From an uncultured Verrucomicrobiae bacterium (GTDB taxonomy: Bacteria > Verrucomicrobiota > Verrucomicrobiia > Limisphaerales > Palsa-1400): a stretch of DNA of 64,000 bases. Of this stretch, positions 10,435 through 21,256 are shown piece by piece (the stretch's first letter is position 1; each line of letters opens with the position of its first letter). Made by a program: the position numbers and the translations under genes. Location of the stretch: assembly GCA_963707025.1 (NCBI GenBank), contig CAVPOM010000002.1, forward strand, positions 1 through 64,000, in the 5' to 3' direction. Under the pieces are notes generated by a model, which was not told the origin of the DNA, searched no databases, and was given only the letters and a program-made list of their open reading frames with translations.

Positions 10435-11802
10435 ATGAATCGCCTGAGGCTGTTAATGCTGGTGTGCGCGGCGTTCGCGGGTGAAAATGCGGGCATGGCT
10501 CAGACCAACGCCCAAAGCGCCCGGTTCCGGCTCATTACGCTCGATCCCGGACATTTTCACGCTTCGCTGGTGCAGAAATTCATGTACCCGGACGTGGATC
10601 CGCTGGTGCATGTCTATGCCCCCGTCGGCGATGACCTCCAGGAACACTTGCAGCGCGTCGCCCGTTTCAACACCCGGCCGGACCACCCGACGGATTGGCA
10701 CGAGCAGGTTTATGCCGGGCCGGATTTTTTGGAAAAGATGCTGGCGGAAAAGGCCGGCAACATCGTCGTGCTGGCCGGCAACAACGCCCGGCGAACCGAC
10801 TATATCCTCCGCTCCACGCAGGCCGGATTGAACGTCCTGGCGGACAAGCCGATGGTGATCGTCCCGGCCGATCTGCCGCGTTTGCGTCAGGCCTTCGCCG
10901 TGGCCGCCTCCAATCATGTGCTGCTCTGTGACATCATGACCGAGCGCTATGAAATCACGACCGTCTTGCAGCGCGAATTGTCGCAGCGCCCGGCGGTGTT
11001 TGGCGAACTGGTCAAAGGCTCGAGGAATGATCCCGCCATCATCATGGAAAGTGTTCACTACTTTTCAAAAGTCGTGGCCGGCATGCCCCTCAAGCGCCCG
11101 GCCTGGGCTTTCGACGTGCGCCAGCAAGGGGAGGGCATTGTGGATGTCAGCACCCATTTGGTGGACTTGGCGCAGCGGGCCGCCTTCCCGGACCGCCCAC
11201 TCAGCCCTGCGGATGCCTCGGTGTTGAGCGCGCGGCGGTGGAACACGCCCATCTCCCGGCAACAGTTCAAAGAGGTGACCGGCTTGGAAGACTTTCCCGG
11301 CTTCCTGCAAAAGGACCTCAAGGATGGAGTGCTGCAAGTCTGCGCCAACGGGGAATTCACCTGGCGGCTCCGCGATGTCCATGCCAAAGTGTCCGTGGTC
11401 TGGGATTTCCAGCCGCCTCCCGGCGGCAATGACACCTATCACTCCATCCTGCGCGGCACCCGGTCCAGGCTGGTGATCCGGCAGGGGGCGGAACAAGAAT
11501 TCAAGCCGGTCCTATACGTCGAGAAGACCGGCGGCACTGAAGACCAGGCTTTGGCCGCGGCGCTGCCCGCCGCCATCGGGGCGCTTCAGGCAAAATATCC
11601 CGGAATCAGTTTCCACGAGGAAGGCAACGGGTGGCGTGTAACCATACCCGACAAGTATGATGTGGGCCACGAGGCCCATTTTTCCCAAGTCACCGAGAAT
11701 TACCTGAAATGCCTCCGCGACGGGCGCCTGCCGGACTGGGAAGTGCCGAACATGCTCACCAAGTATGCCACCATCATGCAGGCCTACGAGTTGAGCCGTT
11801 AG
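10435..11802 (+). CDS. Secreted Gfo/Idh/MocA-like putative oxidoreductase
   Basis: Signal peptide; LITLDPGHFHASLVQK, NVLADKPM, DIMTERYE, DVSTHLVDL, GHEAHF. Confidence 0.75.
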   Translation: MNRLRLLMLVCAAFAGENAGMAQTNAQSARFRLITLDPGHFHASLVQKFMYPDVDPLVHVYAPVGDDLQEHLQRVARFNTRPDHPTDWHEQVYAGPDFLEKMLAEKAGNIVVLAGNNARRTDYILRSTQAGLNVLADKPMVIVPADLPRLRQAFAVAASNHVLLCDIMTERYEITTVLQRELSQRPAVFGELVKGSRNDPAIIMESVHYFSKVVAGMPLKRPAWAFDVRQQGEGIVDVSTHLVDLAQRAAFPDRPLSPADASVLSARRWNTPISRQQFKEVTGLEDFPGFLQKDLKDGVLQVCANGEFTWRLRDVHAKVSVVWDFQPPPGGNDTYHSILRGTRSRLVIRQGAEQEFKPVLYVEKTGGTEDQALAAALPAAIGALQAKYPGISFHEEGNGWRVTIPDKYDVGHEAHFSQVTENYLKCLRDGRLPDWEVPNMLTKYATIMQAYELSR

Positions 11803-11857
11803 TCTAATTTGCCGCCAGCAAAGCAACCGGCCTCATGGCGGCAGCCTGCCCGGAGAA

Positions 11858-13012
11858 TCATTTTCGGAACGAACCCGCGAAATCGTCCGCCGTCACTTTG
11901 ACCCCTTTTTTCTCCACCTTCGATTCCGCGATCAATTCATGCAGTTTCTTTTCCCAGGCTGCGCCGCTCATGGGCAATTCCACCGTCTGCCCCGTCAGGG
12001 ACGAATACACCATCGCGTTGGCCAGTTCCAGCGAGTTGAGGCCTTCTTCGCCGGGAGCGATCAGCGATTGGCCGTCCAGAATCGCGTTGACGAAATTCTG
12101 CGTCATGGCCGCGTGTGGCAGCGCGGTGTCTTGGAAGGGGATTTCCACGTTCCACACCTCCGGTTTTAAAAATCCCGCCTTCGCCGTTCTGCTGAACTGG
12201 ATCATATCAGAGTCATTGCGTCGGAAGGTGAGCTTGTTATTTTCCAGCAGCAAGGTGCCGCGCGTGCCGGCCATTTCCAACCGGTTGGTGCCGGGAGCCT
12301 CGCCGGACGAACCGATAAACGCCCCCGTCGCGCCGTTCGCCCACTCCAGCCAGGCCGTCACATTATCTTCCACTTCAATGTTGTGGAAGCGGCCAAACTG
12401 GCAGAAGCCGCGCACCCGTTTGGGCATCCCGCCGAGCCATTGCATCATGTCCAGATGGTGCAGGCATTGGTTGAGCAGCACGCCGCCACCCTCCCCCTGC
12501 CACGTCGCCCGCCAGTCGCTGCCGGCATAATAAGCCTCGGTTCGATACCAGTCGGTGCTGATCCAGTTGACCCGCACCATTTCGCCCAGCTCGCCGTCCC
12601 GGATCAGTTTCTGGATTTTCAAATAGCGCGGCTCCGTGCGCATCTGAAACATGCCGGCGAAAACGACCCGCGGGTTTTCCTGATGCGCCGCCAGCAGCCT
12701 TTCCGCGTCGGCTTTGTGCCCGGCAATGGGCTTCTCCACCAACACATGCACCCCCGCCCCCAGCGCCGCGATGCCCAAGGGTGCGTGTTGCAAATGCGGC
12801 GTGGCGATGATGACCGCATCCACCTCCCTGGATTTGATGAGATGTTCGCCGTCGGTGAAAATTCTTAACGACTGGTATTTTTCGGACGCGGCCAATCTCC
12901 GGCTGCACACCGCCACCAGTTCACACCGTCTCACCTTGTGCTGGAGCAGGTAATCCGCATGAAATTTGCCGATGTTGCCCAGGCCGATGATGCCGAGCCG
13001 AACCTTGTTCAT
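11858..13012 (-). CDS. Gfo/Idh/MocA family oxidoreductase
   Basis: VRLGIIGLGNIG Rossmann start, IATPH, HVLVEKP, GGGVLLNQCLHHLD. Confidence 0.9.
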   Translation of the reverse strand: MNKVRLGIIGLGNIGKFHADYLLQHKVRRCELVAVCSRRLAASEKYQSLRIFTDGEHLIKSREVDAVIIATPHLQHAPLGIAALGAGVHVLVEKPIAGHKADAERLLAAHQENPRVVFAGMFQMRTEPRYLKIQKLIRDGELGEMVRVNWISTDWYRTEAYYAGSDWRATWQGEGGGVLLNQCLHHLDMMQWLGGMPKRVRGFCQFGRFHNIEVEDNVTAWLEWANGATGAFIGSSGEAPGTNRLEMAGTRGTLLLENNKLTFRRNDSDMIQFSRTAKAGFLKPEVWNVEIPFQDTALPHAAMTQNFVNAILDGQSLIAPGEEGLNSLELANAMVYSSLTGQTVELPMSGAAWEKKLHELIAESKVEKKGVKVTADDFAGSFRK

Positions 13013-13109
13013 ACAAGTTTTGGGATCTGTTTGCCTATGGCCAAGCCGGTCCATGTCTTTCATGCTGCCCCGCGTTTCCGCCAAACTCAAGAGGGGACTT
13101 CGCCCGTTC

Positions 13110-13835
13110 TCATGCCTTTGTTTGGGCCAGCGCCTCCTCTTCCGCGGCCAGGAGGAAGGTGTGCATGGCGGATGCATCGGGAGACTGGCGGAGTTGGGCG
13201 AGGATGGCGGTTTTCTGGGCCATCAGGCAAATCCGGGCCAGGATGTGCAGATGCAACCGGTCGTCCCGGCAACAAATCAGGAAGAACAGGTTGGTGGGTT
13301 GGGAATCCGGCGCGCCAAAATGGATTTCCTGGACAGTCCGGCCCAGGACGATGAACGAAGCTTCAAACAGGTAAGGGTCGGGCACCTGGGGATGGGGGAG
13401 GGCAAAACCGCCGGGCATGCCGGTGGAACAAAGCGCTTCGCGGGCTTCCAGACTGGCCAGCAAGTCCTGCGGGTTGTTCAAACGCCCGGTGGCTCCCGCC
13501 AAGGCCACCAACTCCCGCAGCACGGAAGACTTGGTTTTGGCCGGCAGGGCCGGAGCAATGAAGCCGGGCAGAATCCTGTCCGGCAGGAGGATTTGGCGCG
13601 GCAGGATTTCCCGCGTGTCCCGGGTGGATTTTTGGTGATACTCCGTCAACCGCTGGCCGGGCAAACGGAGGAGGCTTTGCGAAGCCCAAAGGTCAATTTC
13701 GTCCTTGGAAAAGACGATGCGGCGGCCGCGTTTCTCGTGTGGAATCTCGTTATATTTGACGCGCTGCGCGATCTCGGCCGGGGTCAGATGCAGATACTCC
13801 GCCACAGCGTCAAGACTGAGAATTTGATATGCCAT
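13110..13835 (-). CDS. PTS IIA (PtsN/Ntr-like) domain protein with N-terminal excisionase-type HTH
   Basis: LSLDAVAEYLHLT...EIP HTH; LEAREALCSTGMPGGFALPHP phospho-His motif; FGAPD; HLHILARI. Confidence 0.85.
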   Translation of the reverse strand: MAYQILSLDAVAEYLHLTPAEIAQRVKYNEIPHEKRGRRIVFSKDEIDLWASQSLLRLPGQRLTEYHQKSTRDTREILPRQILLPDRILPGFIAPALPAKTKSSVLRELVALAGATGRLNNPQDLLASLEAREALCSTGMPGGFALPHPQVPDPYLFEASFIVLGRTVQEIHFGAPDSQPTNLFFLICCRDDRLHLHILARICLMAQKTAILAQLRQSPDASAMHTFLLAAEEEALAQTKA

Positions 13836-14192
13836 GTTCAGTTCACTTTCCGTCAGACGCTGCCGCAAGGCATCGTCCGCCAGGTTGCAGCGGAGGCGGA
13901 TTTTGGAGTCTCGCCAGCAGGGTCATCTCCGCCAGACTCCGGACCGGCCTCCCGGCAAGGCCACATCATCCTCCAGGCGCGATGGAAGATCAAGAACCCT
14001 CGGGCAGGCATGATGTGATCGGATTTGCCGGCGCGGGCATCCCGCATTAGCCTAGTCTTGCCGGTGTGATGCAAAGCCGGAGAAAACCATTGTGAACGGA
14101 TCCATTCCAGCGGGTTCGCCAGAGGCCGCGGGTCCGTCCCGAAGCGGCCTGCGGCGGCGGCCTCCGTCCCGGCGCCGGGAAGGGCGGGAATA

Positions 14193-15365
14193 TTGACGGC
14201 CTTGTTTGTCACCGGGTTTGCCACCTTCGTCAATCTTTACGCCACCCAGCCGTTGTTGCCGAGTTTCCGGGAGATTTTTCATGCCTCGGAATTGAGGGTC
14301 AGCCTGACGGTGAGCGCGCCCATTTTGGCGGTGGCCTTGGCGGCCCCATTCCTTGGACTTTTGGCGGACTCGCTGGGACGCAAGCGCGTCATCGTGGCTT
14401 CCATGCTGGCCCTGGCCATTCCGACAACGCTTGCCGCCACGGCGTCCAACTTGCAGTCGCTGATTGTCTGGCGGTTTCTGCAAGGGCTGTTTACGCCGGG
14501 AATCATTGCGGTGGCGATGGCTTATATCAGCGAGGAGACACCCCACCAATTGGCGGGGTCAACGATGTCCATCTATGTGACCGGCGGCGTGGTGGGCGGG
14601 TTTTGCGGACGTTTCGCCTCGGGGCTGATTGCGGCGCAATCGGGGTGGAGGGCTTCGCTGGTGACCTTGGGGATCATCACTTTCGCCGGAGGACTTCTGA
14701 CGTGGTGGATTTTGCCGCGCTCGACTAAATTTGTGCCGCATGATAATGCCGCCGCCTCCGTCGCCTCCTTGCGCGTGCATCTTCATAATCCACAACTTCT
14801 GGCCACCTATGCGGTTGGGTTCAACGTCCTGTTCTGCCTGGCGGGAGTTTTTACCTACGTGAACTTCTATCTGGCCGATGCGCCTTTTTCGCTGGGCCCC
14901 AGCGCGCTGGCCTCGATTTTTGCCGTGTATTTGATTGGAGCGGTGGTGACGCCATTTTCGGGACGCCTGCTGGACAGGATTGGCAGCCGGCGCGTCTTGA
15001 TCGGAGCCTCCCTGCTGGCGTCAGCCGGTGTGTTATTGAGCTTGATCCATTCCCTGCCTGTGGTCATCACGGGGCTGGCGCTGGCGGCAGCCGGCGCGTT
15101 TGCCTCACAAGCCGGGGCCTCGAGTTACGTGGGAAAGGTCGCCGGGCAGGCCCGTTCTTCCGCCGCGGGACTTTATGTCGCCCTTTATTACCTGGGCGGC
15201 TGTGCCGGCTCCATTCTGCCCGGTCTGTTCTGGAAGCAGGCGGGATGGCTGGGCTGTGCCGCGCTCATCATCTTCATGCAGGCGCTGGTTGCCCTGATCG
15301 CCGGCCGGGTGTGGGAGGACAAATCTTCTCCAGTTTTCCAAGCCTCCATCCATCCGCGCTCCTGA
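14193..15365 (+). CDS. MFS transporter (YnfM-like); start uncertain
   Basis: NLYATQPLLP, GLLADSLGRKRV motif A, many hydrophobic helices, LYVALYYLGG. Confidence 0.88.
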   Translation: MTALFVTGFATFVNLYATQPLLPSFREIFHASELRVSLTVSAPILAVALAAPFLGLLADSLGRKRVIVASMLALAIPTTLAATASNLQSLIVWRFLQGLFTPGIIAVAMAYISEETPHQLAGSTMSIYVTGGVVGGFCGRFASGLIAAQSGWRASLVTLGIITFAGGLLTWWILPRSTKFVPHDNAAASVASLRVHLHNPQLLATYAVGFNVLFCLAGVFTYVNFYLADAPFSLGPSALASIFAVYLIGAVVTPFSGRLLDRIGSRRVLIGASLLASAGVLLSLIHSLPVVITGLALAAAGAFASQAGASSYVGKVAGQARSSAAGLYVALYYLGGCAGSILPGLFWKQAGWLGCAALIIFMQALVALIAGRVWEDKSSPVFQASIHPRS

Positions 15366-15437
15366 AGCAGCGTCAAAATGAGGAAGCCAAAATGCTTGAA
15401 AGCCGCTCCATTTTGTGTTTTGATGGAAGGACATCCT

Positions 15438-16724
15438 ATGAAAGTCAATCGGCGTCAATTCGTTAAGGCGAATCTTCTCGGCAGTTTTGCGGCCGCCCTC
15501 CCGCCTTCCCCTCTCGAGGCGGAGGCTTCGCCCTCAGCCTCGCTCAGCCAGAACCCCCGCTTTGCCAGGCTGGATGAGATCCTGAGACAGCCGGTGCTCA
15601 AACGCGAGTTGTTCGCCTCCCCGGTTATTATCCAGACCCTTGAATTGCTCCGGTATAAGGACAATTTCCTCTGCCGGGTGCGTTCGCGCGACGGGGCGGA
15701 AGGCCTTTCGGTTGGGCATGCCGGGCTGAACGCGCTCTACCCGATTTTCCTCCATAACCTGCAACCGTTTTTCCTCGGCAAAGATGCGCGCGACCTGGAC
15801 CTCCTCTTGGAAAAGGTTTTTATCTACGGCTTTAATTTCAGGTACAACGGCATTTCTATTGGCACGCCTTTGGCGACGATCGAGTTTGCCATCCTCGACC
15901 TGCTGGGGCGCATCGCCCAAAAGCCCATCGGCCAGTTGATCGGGGACATCCATCACCCCGAGGTCACCGTTTACCAGGCGACTGAATACCGCGAAAAATC
16001 AGTCGAGGAATCCTTGGACCTGATCCAGCGTGATGTCGCCGAATATAATGCCCGCGCCCTTAAAATCAAAATAGGCGGACTCATGTTCATGACCACCGAC
16101 ATCAAGGCCGTTGGCCCGCCGGGACGAACGGAAAGGATGATTCCCCTCATCCGGAAAACATTTGGCGATCAAATGGCGTTGTTTGCGGATGCCAATGGGT
16201 TCTATTCAGTCGAGGAGGCCATCCGCGTTGGCAGGTTGCTCGAGGAATACCGCTATGGTTTCTTTGAAGAGCCTGTCATGTTCGACTGGCACGAGGAAAC
16301 CAAACAGGTGGCCGATGCGCTTGCCCTGCCGATTGCCCTCGGCGAACAGGAATATGGCCTGCACGGTTTTCGCTGGCTCATCGCCAATGATGCGGTGCAA
16401 ATTGTGCAGCCGGATAATTATTACTTCGGCGGAATGATCCGCTCGATGAAAGTGGCGCGCATGGCTGAAGCGTTCGGGAAAAGTTGCACTCCTCACATGT
16501 CCGGCGGAGGACTGGGCTTCCTTTATATGATGCACTTTGTTTCCGCCCTTTCCAACGCCATGCCGCATCACGAGTTCAAAGGCCTCAAAACCAGCGTCCA
16601 ATTTGAGTGCAAAACTTCCCCTCTCAAAGTTGCCGATGGAAAAATCAAAGTTCCGACCGGCCCGGGCTTGGGCGTGGACCTCGACCGGGCATTCGTGAGC
16701 AAACATCAAACGGTTAAAGTCTGA
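15438..16724 (+). CDS. Mandelate racemase/muconate lactonizing enzyme family protein with Tat signal
   Basis: NRRQFVK Tat motif; [41 protein letters not shown]. Confidence 0.87.
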   Translation: MKVNRRQFVKANLLGSFAAALPPSPLEAEASPSASLSQNPRFARLDEILRQPVLKRELFASPVIIQTLELLRYKDNFLCRVRSRDGAEGLSVGHAGLNALYPIFLHNLQPFFLGKDARDLDLLLEKVFIYGFNFRYNGISIGTPLATIEFAILDLLGRIAQKPIGQLIGDIHHPEVTVYQATEYREKSVEESLDLIQRDVAEYNARALKIKIGGLMFMTTDIKAVGPPGRTERMIPLIRKTFGDQMALFADANGFYSVEEAIRVGRLLEEYRYGFFEEPVMFDWHEETKQVADALALPIALGEQEYGLHGFRWLIANDAVQIVQPDNYYFGGMIRSMKVARMAEAFGKSCTPHMSGGGLGFLYMMHFVSALSNAMPHHEFKGLKTSVQFECKTSPLKVADGKIKVPTGPGLGVDLDRAFVSKHQTVKV

Positions 16725-16740
16725 GGAACGCTTGCCCGCA

Positions 16741-18609
16741 TCATTTTGGCATTCCGTCCGCGCGAAAACCGCCGGGCGGCAGCGTCTCTCCGGACGCGAG
16801 GCGAAAAGGCGTCATTCCAAAATTGACGGTGATCCTGACGCCGTTGGCAAAGGCCGTCTGCTGGACGTTCCGGTCGGCGGTCAGAAAACGGTGGTCCGTC
16901 ATTTCGGCGTAACCCGCGGCGCGGACATAAGGGCAGGTGTTGGTGTAGCTTTGCGTGAACCGGGCCTTCTGGCTTTCCCAGAGCTTTCGGTCAAACATAA
17001 ACATGGGCGGCGTGCCGTAGAGGACGTTGAACAGGTCGCGCTTGTCCCACAGGGACGGCAATTTGTTGTTGTAGTCGCCCCAATACCACTGGGCCACGAC
17101 GCAATCGTGATAGACCAGCTCCCACAGGGGCAAACGATAGGCCTGGCCAAGCTGGAATTTGGCGACGCGCTCGGGCGGCTCATCCCAAATGCGCTGCATG
17201 TCCCGCCCGGCGTCGGGCACGCGGTACGGGCCCAGGCTGAGCATTCCCTCGAAATAATCCACGAACGGCACCGCCGCATCGTGGCCGGTTTCGCTGCCGG
17301 TGACCAATTTGCAATCGTGCGAGACATAATCCAGCAGCTTCATCTTCCACTCCCGGCTCTCTGTCCGGGTCATCGGGTGATGCGGGTCGTAGCATTCGTT
17401 CCACGGAGAAGCCGTGGTCGTGTCAATGAAACGGCATAGGTAAGGGCGCGTGGCCAGCTCCGCGGGAATGCGCGCCCGGGCATAGTCCAGCGCCCGGCTG
17501 TCGCAGAGAACGCCGCAATCATACATTTGCCCGTTGGTGCCCTTGACCCCCCAACCATGACGCCAGTCCCCATTGGCCTGGCGAATGATGTCCGCCGGCC
17601 AGCCAGCGGTCGTCCAGTTTGCGTCCGCTCCACGAAGAAATGGGAAATTGGACGGGTTCATCGTGTCCTGGTAAATGTCGTAACGGCTGGTGAGCACTTT
17701 CCTGTCGTTCAACGCGCGGAGGGCGTTCGCCGAACCGCCCCGGCTCCAGAGGATGCGCTCCATGCCGGCGGCCCGCATTTGGGTGGTCAGTTGCACGGGG
17801 TCGGCGTCCCAGTTCCAGATGTTGACCGCGCCGACCAGAAGATCCACGTTGGGGTTTTCGCCGCGCTTTTGCGCCAGGGTTTTCAGGAGGCCCTTTTGCC
17901 GCGCATATTCCCGGTAGCGTTTGGCGATGGCCACATGCCCGCCGCTGTCGAAGAAAACATACCGCAGCCTGCGCGCGTATCCGAACCGCCCCTTTTGCGC
18001 GTCCCACTCCGGCGCCACGGCCAGACGGTCCTCCAGTTGCTTGAGGTGGATGGCGGCATCGTCGGGCGTCTCGATGATGACACCGTGTCCCTGCCGGTCA
18101 TCGGTCACACCCCAGAACGCCATGCAAATGCCATGGCCGCCATAAGCAATCAACCGAAAGGTTTCAATGGATTTGTCCTCGACGGGAAAGGAAATCCCCT
18201 CATTCATCGGCACCACCAACCGGTCGGCCGGCTCGCTCGCAAAGGGATAGGGATAACGCACCGGGCCGGACAAGGCGCCCTCGCCATCCAGGCTGAAGGT
18301 GAACTCCGGCTGGGCCGCTTCGATGACCAACCGCGCCTTCAAGACCAAACCCGACGGAACATGGCGCAGCCCCAGGTCAATCTCGTTGGATGCCAGGCGC
18401 GCTTCTGTGACCGCGACTTCCGCCCCGCCGGCCCGCTGAGTCCAGAGACGCCCCGTCCGCCGGTCCAGCACCGAGAACGCGGCGTTGGAGGTGTTCACGC
18501 TCACCACCAAGTCCGCGTTCGTCAGTGCCAGTTGACCGTCGAGCGCCTCCGCGCGCGAATACGCAAGGAGGGCGATGGTCCCCAATAGAATGGTGTTTCG
18601 GATGACCAT
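16741..18609 (-). CDS. Secreted glycoside hydrolase (GH101/GH129-like)
   Basis: Signal peptide; SRYDIYQD, FIDTTTASP, GSETG, PLWELVYHDC, VQQTAFANG-VNF pattern. Confidence 0.65.
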   Translation of the reverse strand: MVIRNTILLGTIALLAYSRAEALDGQLALTNADLVVSVNTSNAAFSVLDRRTGRLWTQRAGGAEVAVTEARLASNEIDLGLRHVPSGLVLKARLVIEAAQPEFTFSLDGEGALSGPVRYPYPFASEPADRLVVPMNEGISFPVEDKSIETFRLIAYGGHGICMAFWGVTDDRQGHGVIIETPDDAAIHLKQLEDRLAVAPEWDAQKGRFGYARRLRYVFFDSGGHVAIAKRYREYARQKGLLKTLAQKRGENPNVDLLVGAVNIWNWDADPVQLTTQMRAAGMERILWSRGGSANALRALNDRKVLTSRYDIYQDTMNPSNFPFLRGADANWTTAGWPADIIRQANGDWRHGWGVKGTNGQMYDCGVLCDSRALDYARARIPAELATRPYLCRFIDTTTASPWNECYDPHHPMTRTESREWKMKLLDYVSHDCKLVTGSETGHDAAVPFVDYFEGMLSLGPYRVPDAGRDMQRIWDEPPERVAKFQLGQAYRLPLWELVYHDCVVAQWYWGDYNNKLPSLWDKRDLFNVLYGTPPMFMFDRKLWESQKARFTQSYTNTCPYVRAAGYAEMTDHRFLTADRNVQQTAFANGVRITVNFGMTPFRLASGETLPPGGFRADGMPK

Positions 18610-18642
18610 TTTTTGTTCGCCGGGCTTTTTCTGTCGGGACGG

Positions 18643-18936
18643 CTACCCGGGAAACACGGGGGCGAATTTCACGGCGGCGCGGGGTTCAGCCATCATGGGA
18701 GCAACGGTGTCGCGCCATTTTTGGTAGTGCGCGGTTTCCCGGTGCGCGGCCTGGGCGGCGGGGGTGCGATAGATTTCGATCAGCACGAAGCGGGCCGGGT
18801 CGTCGAGTTGTTGGACGACATCGAAGCGGGCCACGCCCGGCTCCTGCACGCTTTGGCGCGCGTTTTGCACGCTGGCCTGTTTAAAGAGTTCGATGCATTC
18901 GGGCTTCACATGGACCTGGACGTGGATGATCAGCAT
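18643..18936 (-). CDS. Antibiotic biosynthesis monooxygenase (ABM/LsrG-like) protein
   Basis: [12 protein letters not shown]...FVLIEIY...[13 protein letters not shown]. Confidence 0.88.
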   Translation of the reverse strand: MLIIHVQVHVKPECIELFKQASVQNARQSVQEPGVARFDVVQQLDDPARFVLIEIYRTPAAQAAHRETAHYQKWRDTVAPMMAEPRAAVKFAPVFPG

Positions 18937-19030
18937 GGAGCATGGATGCCCCCCGGCCCGCGAAGTGTCAAGACGGGTTTCGGCCTGCGCGGTTGAAAAC
19001 ACAATGCCTCAATCATGGGTGTGCCGGGAA

Positions 19031-19129
19031 AGGTAGGGCGGGCAGTCCCCTGCCCGCCGCAGGACGGGAGTGGGACGCTGGTTCCTCTGCCAATGTCCGA
19101 CCGCGGGCAGGGAACTGCCCTCCCTACCT
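19031..19129. repeat. Inverted pair of GTAG-type REP palindromes (REPIN-like)
   Basis: AGGTAGGGCGGGCAGTCCCCTGCCCGC ... GCGGGCAGGGAACTGCCCTCCCTACCT, intergenic. Confidence 0.75.
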
Positions 19130-19147
19130 CGAAAGACTGACGCATTG

Positions 19148-20575
19148 CTAATGTTCAACGATGAAAGTGAGGTCGTAAGACGTTTTGTCTGTGGACTTCC
19201 TGTGTTCCGGCGGTTCTCGTCCGCCGTCATCGTGGCCGTCGGCATCCACGCTGTAAATGATATATCCGCGAGGGAGGAGGCGGTATCGGAGCGGGGCGCC
19301 GTCGAAAGGATCGGTTGGAACAGCGTCGAGAAACTGTGGCGTGAGTTCTTTAAGCTCACCTGGCAGCCGCCCTCGCTCGCGACGGAAACGTTCCACGGCC
19401 AAGGCGGTGGCGGCCAGCCTGATGCGAGCTTGGGTGGAGGCGTCGCGCACCATTACTTTTGAGAGTGATGGAAGGAGCAAGCTGGATAGAATATACAGCC
19501 TTTTTTGTGCCGTGCGGCCCGCCGACTCCACAAAATTAGTCATGGTGAGGCTTCCGGGAGGCGGCAGGGTCGCCAGCGAAATGCTTTTATCCATGGTTTG
19601 GAGATAGTAATCCAAATCGCGCTCAAAAAAACCGGTCAGCCAAGGGAAGAAAGCAGGCTTGCCCGAATAAGCCTGCGGTTCTTCTGGAGGGCTTTCCGGA
19701 TCGCCGTTTGCGCTAAGACGTTGTATTTCCTTCAAACTCAATCGAAAGCATGGGATGTACTGAGCACGATCGCCGATCAAAGCGAGCGGCAACAAGTTTG
19801 TCCGGCCAGCGTACATAAATGCGGCCTGGAGTTTCCCGCACTCGGCCTCACTGGGGCTGACCCGATTAAGACTTCGCTCAGTGGCTCCAACGGCCATGCC
19901 AATGATCGCGTTGCGAACCAGATAAGAAATAAGGGCCGGTTCGTCGTCGAGAGTGCCCGCGAGCTTCAACTGAAGGTCCACCTCTTCCGGCCATTGGTCG
20001 GCGCGCCCTGCTTCGGCGTCGAGCGCGGCGGCCAGGCCAGCAAGATTCGCCAGTTCTTTCAATTTTGCCGCATGGGGCATCGGTGTCTCCGGCCCGTAAG
20101 AAAAGTCCACAGGGTAACGAAATCGCGAAAGCCGGAAGGCCTCCCGGACCTTGGCCAGGGCTGGAGCATTGATCTGGACATACGCCTCAGCGAGCTCACG
20201 CGTCGCGGCCGACCACTCGTTTGTGCGGGCGGGGATTTTAAGGTGGACGACCTCATTGGATCGGGTGTCCGGGAAAGTGCGCACCAAGGCGAAGGCCTGG
20301 GTCACGACCAAGGCCCCGTTTTCCGCATCAGGCACTGGCCGGCGCCAAGAGTTCAACTCTGCGCCGGAAACGGGATACCCGGCCGCCTGGATCCGGGCAA
20401 GCTGGCTGCTGACATTGTGGGAAAGCAGCAGGCGCCACCACGAAAACAAGCACACAACCAGCAGGATGCTGAAGACGATGATCCTGACAATCACGCGGGC
20501 GAAAGGATGCGGGGCGGCGCTTTTGCAGCGTGGTGGATTCTCCTTTTTCAGCCAATTTGAGAATTTGTTGTTCAT
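19148..20575 (-). CDS. Membrane-anchored hypothetical protein with pseudopilin/GspG-like C-terminal domain
   Basis: One N-terminal TM helix; C-terminal LAVERFRRERGRLPGELKELTPQFLDAVPTDPFDGAPLRY...YSVDADGHDDGG. Confidence 0.7.
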   Translation of the reverse strand: MNNKFSNWLKKENPPRCKSAAPHPFARVIVRIIVFSILLVVCLFSWWRLLLSHNVSSQLARIQAAGYPVSGAELNSWRRPVPDAENGALVVTQAFALVRTFPDTRSNEVVHLKIPARTNEWSAATRELAEAYVQINAPALAKVREAFRLSRFRYPVDFSYGPETPMPHAAKLKELANLAGLAAALDAEAGRADQWPEEVDLQLKLAGTLDDEPALISYLVRNAIIGMAVGATERSLNRVSPSEAECGKLQAAFMYAGRTNLLPLALIGDRAQYIPCFRLSLKEIQRLSANGDPESPPEEPQAYSGKPAFFPWLTGFFERDLDYYLQTMDKSISLATLPPPGSLTMTNFVESAGRTAQKRLYILSSLLLPSLSKVMVRDASTQARIRLAATALAVERFRRERGRLPGELKELTPQFLDAVPTDPFDGAPLRYRLLPRGYIIYSVDADGHDDGGREPPEHRKSTDKTSYDLTFIVEH

Positions 20576-20648
20576 TGACCGGGCAGCGTCCTCCAGATTC
20601 GGCGGTGGCTGATCGGATTTATGACACGCCGAAGCCGCAAAATCAAGC

Positions 20649-21188
20649 TCAGTCACGGCACGGCCCAGGCCGGTCACTGGCCAATTGCCGCGCTGCGGCC
20701 AGAACGCGCCAGGCGATGGAGCGGAGAACCCGGCGCAGCGGAGGGGTCATGCAAACACTGACGGTGAACGGGTCTTTGACTTCGACCGCGAATATCCTGA
20801 CTCGACGGGGAACGGGCAAGCCCAATTGCCGGCCCAGGGCCGCCATTTCCCCAACCCCCAGAAAATGCGGAGAGACAATGGGCAGGACTTTGAGCTGGCT
20901 GCCGTCGAATTCATGAAGAAAGCCGGGGGGCGCCTGTTGTGTCTGCACGGCGTCCACCAAAACCAAATCCTCGAAGCCCACGATGTAATCCAGAAGGGAC
21001 AGCCCCATTTCAGAGGTTTCCTGAACCTCAATTCCATCGGAGTCGGTGAGGTGTTGTCTGATTGCACGCGCGACCTTCAATCCCACCGCATCGTCGCTCA
21101 GGATGTCGTTGCCCAAGCCGAGCACCAGAACTGGTTTGTTCCGGGGTTGCGCTTTGCCCGGCAGCACTTGAGGCAAGGACGCTTCCAT
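20649..21188 (-). CDS. [NiFe]-hydrogenase maturation protease
   Basis: VLVLGLGNDILSDDAVG, LVLVDAV, SPH; directly after the large subunit. Confidence 0.9.
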   Translation of the reverse strand: MEASLPQVLPGKAQPRNKPVLVLGLGNDILSDDAVGLKVARAIRQHLTDSDGIEVQETSEMGLSLLDYIVGFEDLVLVDAVQTQQAPPGFLHEFDGSQLKVLPIVSPHFLGVGEMAALGRQLGLPVPRRVRIFAVEVKDPFTVSVCMTPPLRRVLRSIAWRVLAAARQLASDRPGPCRD

Positions 21189-21256
21189 GGTTCTATCTGG
21201 CTCCTTGGGCGGGCCGTTCCATGCCTTGGGCAATGGAATAAGTTGCGGCACCGGCT

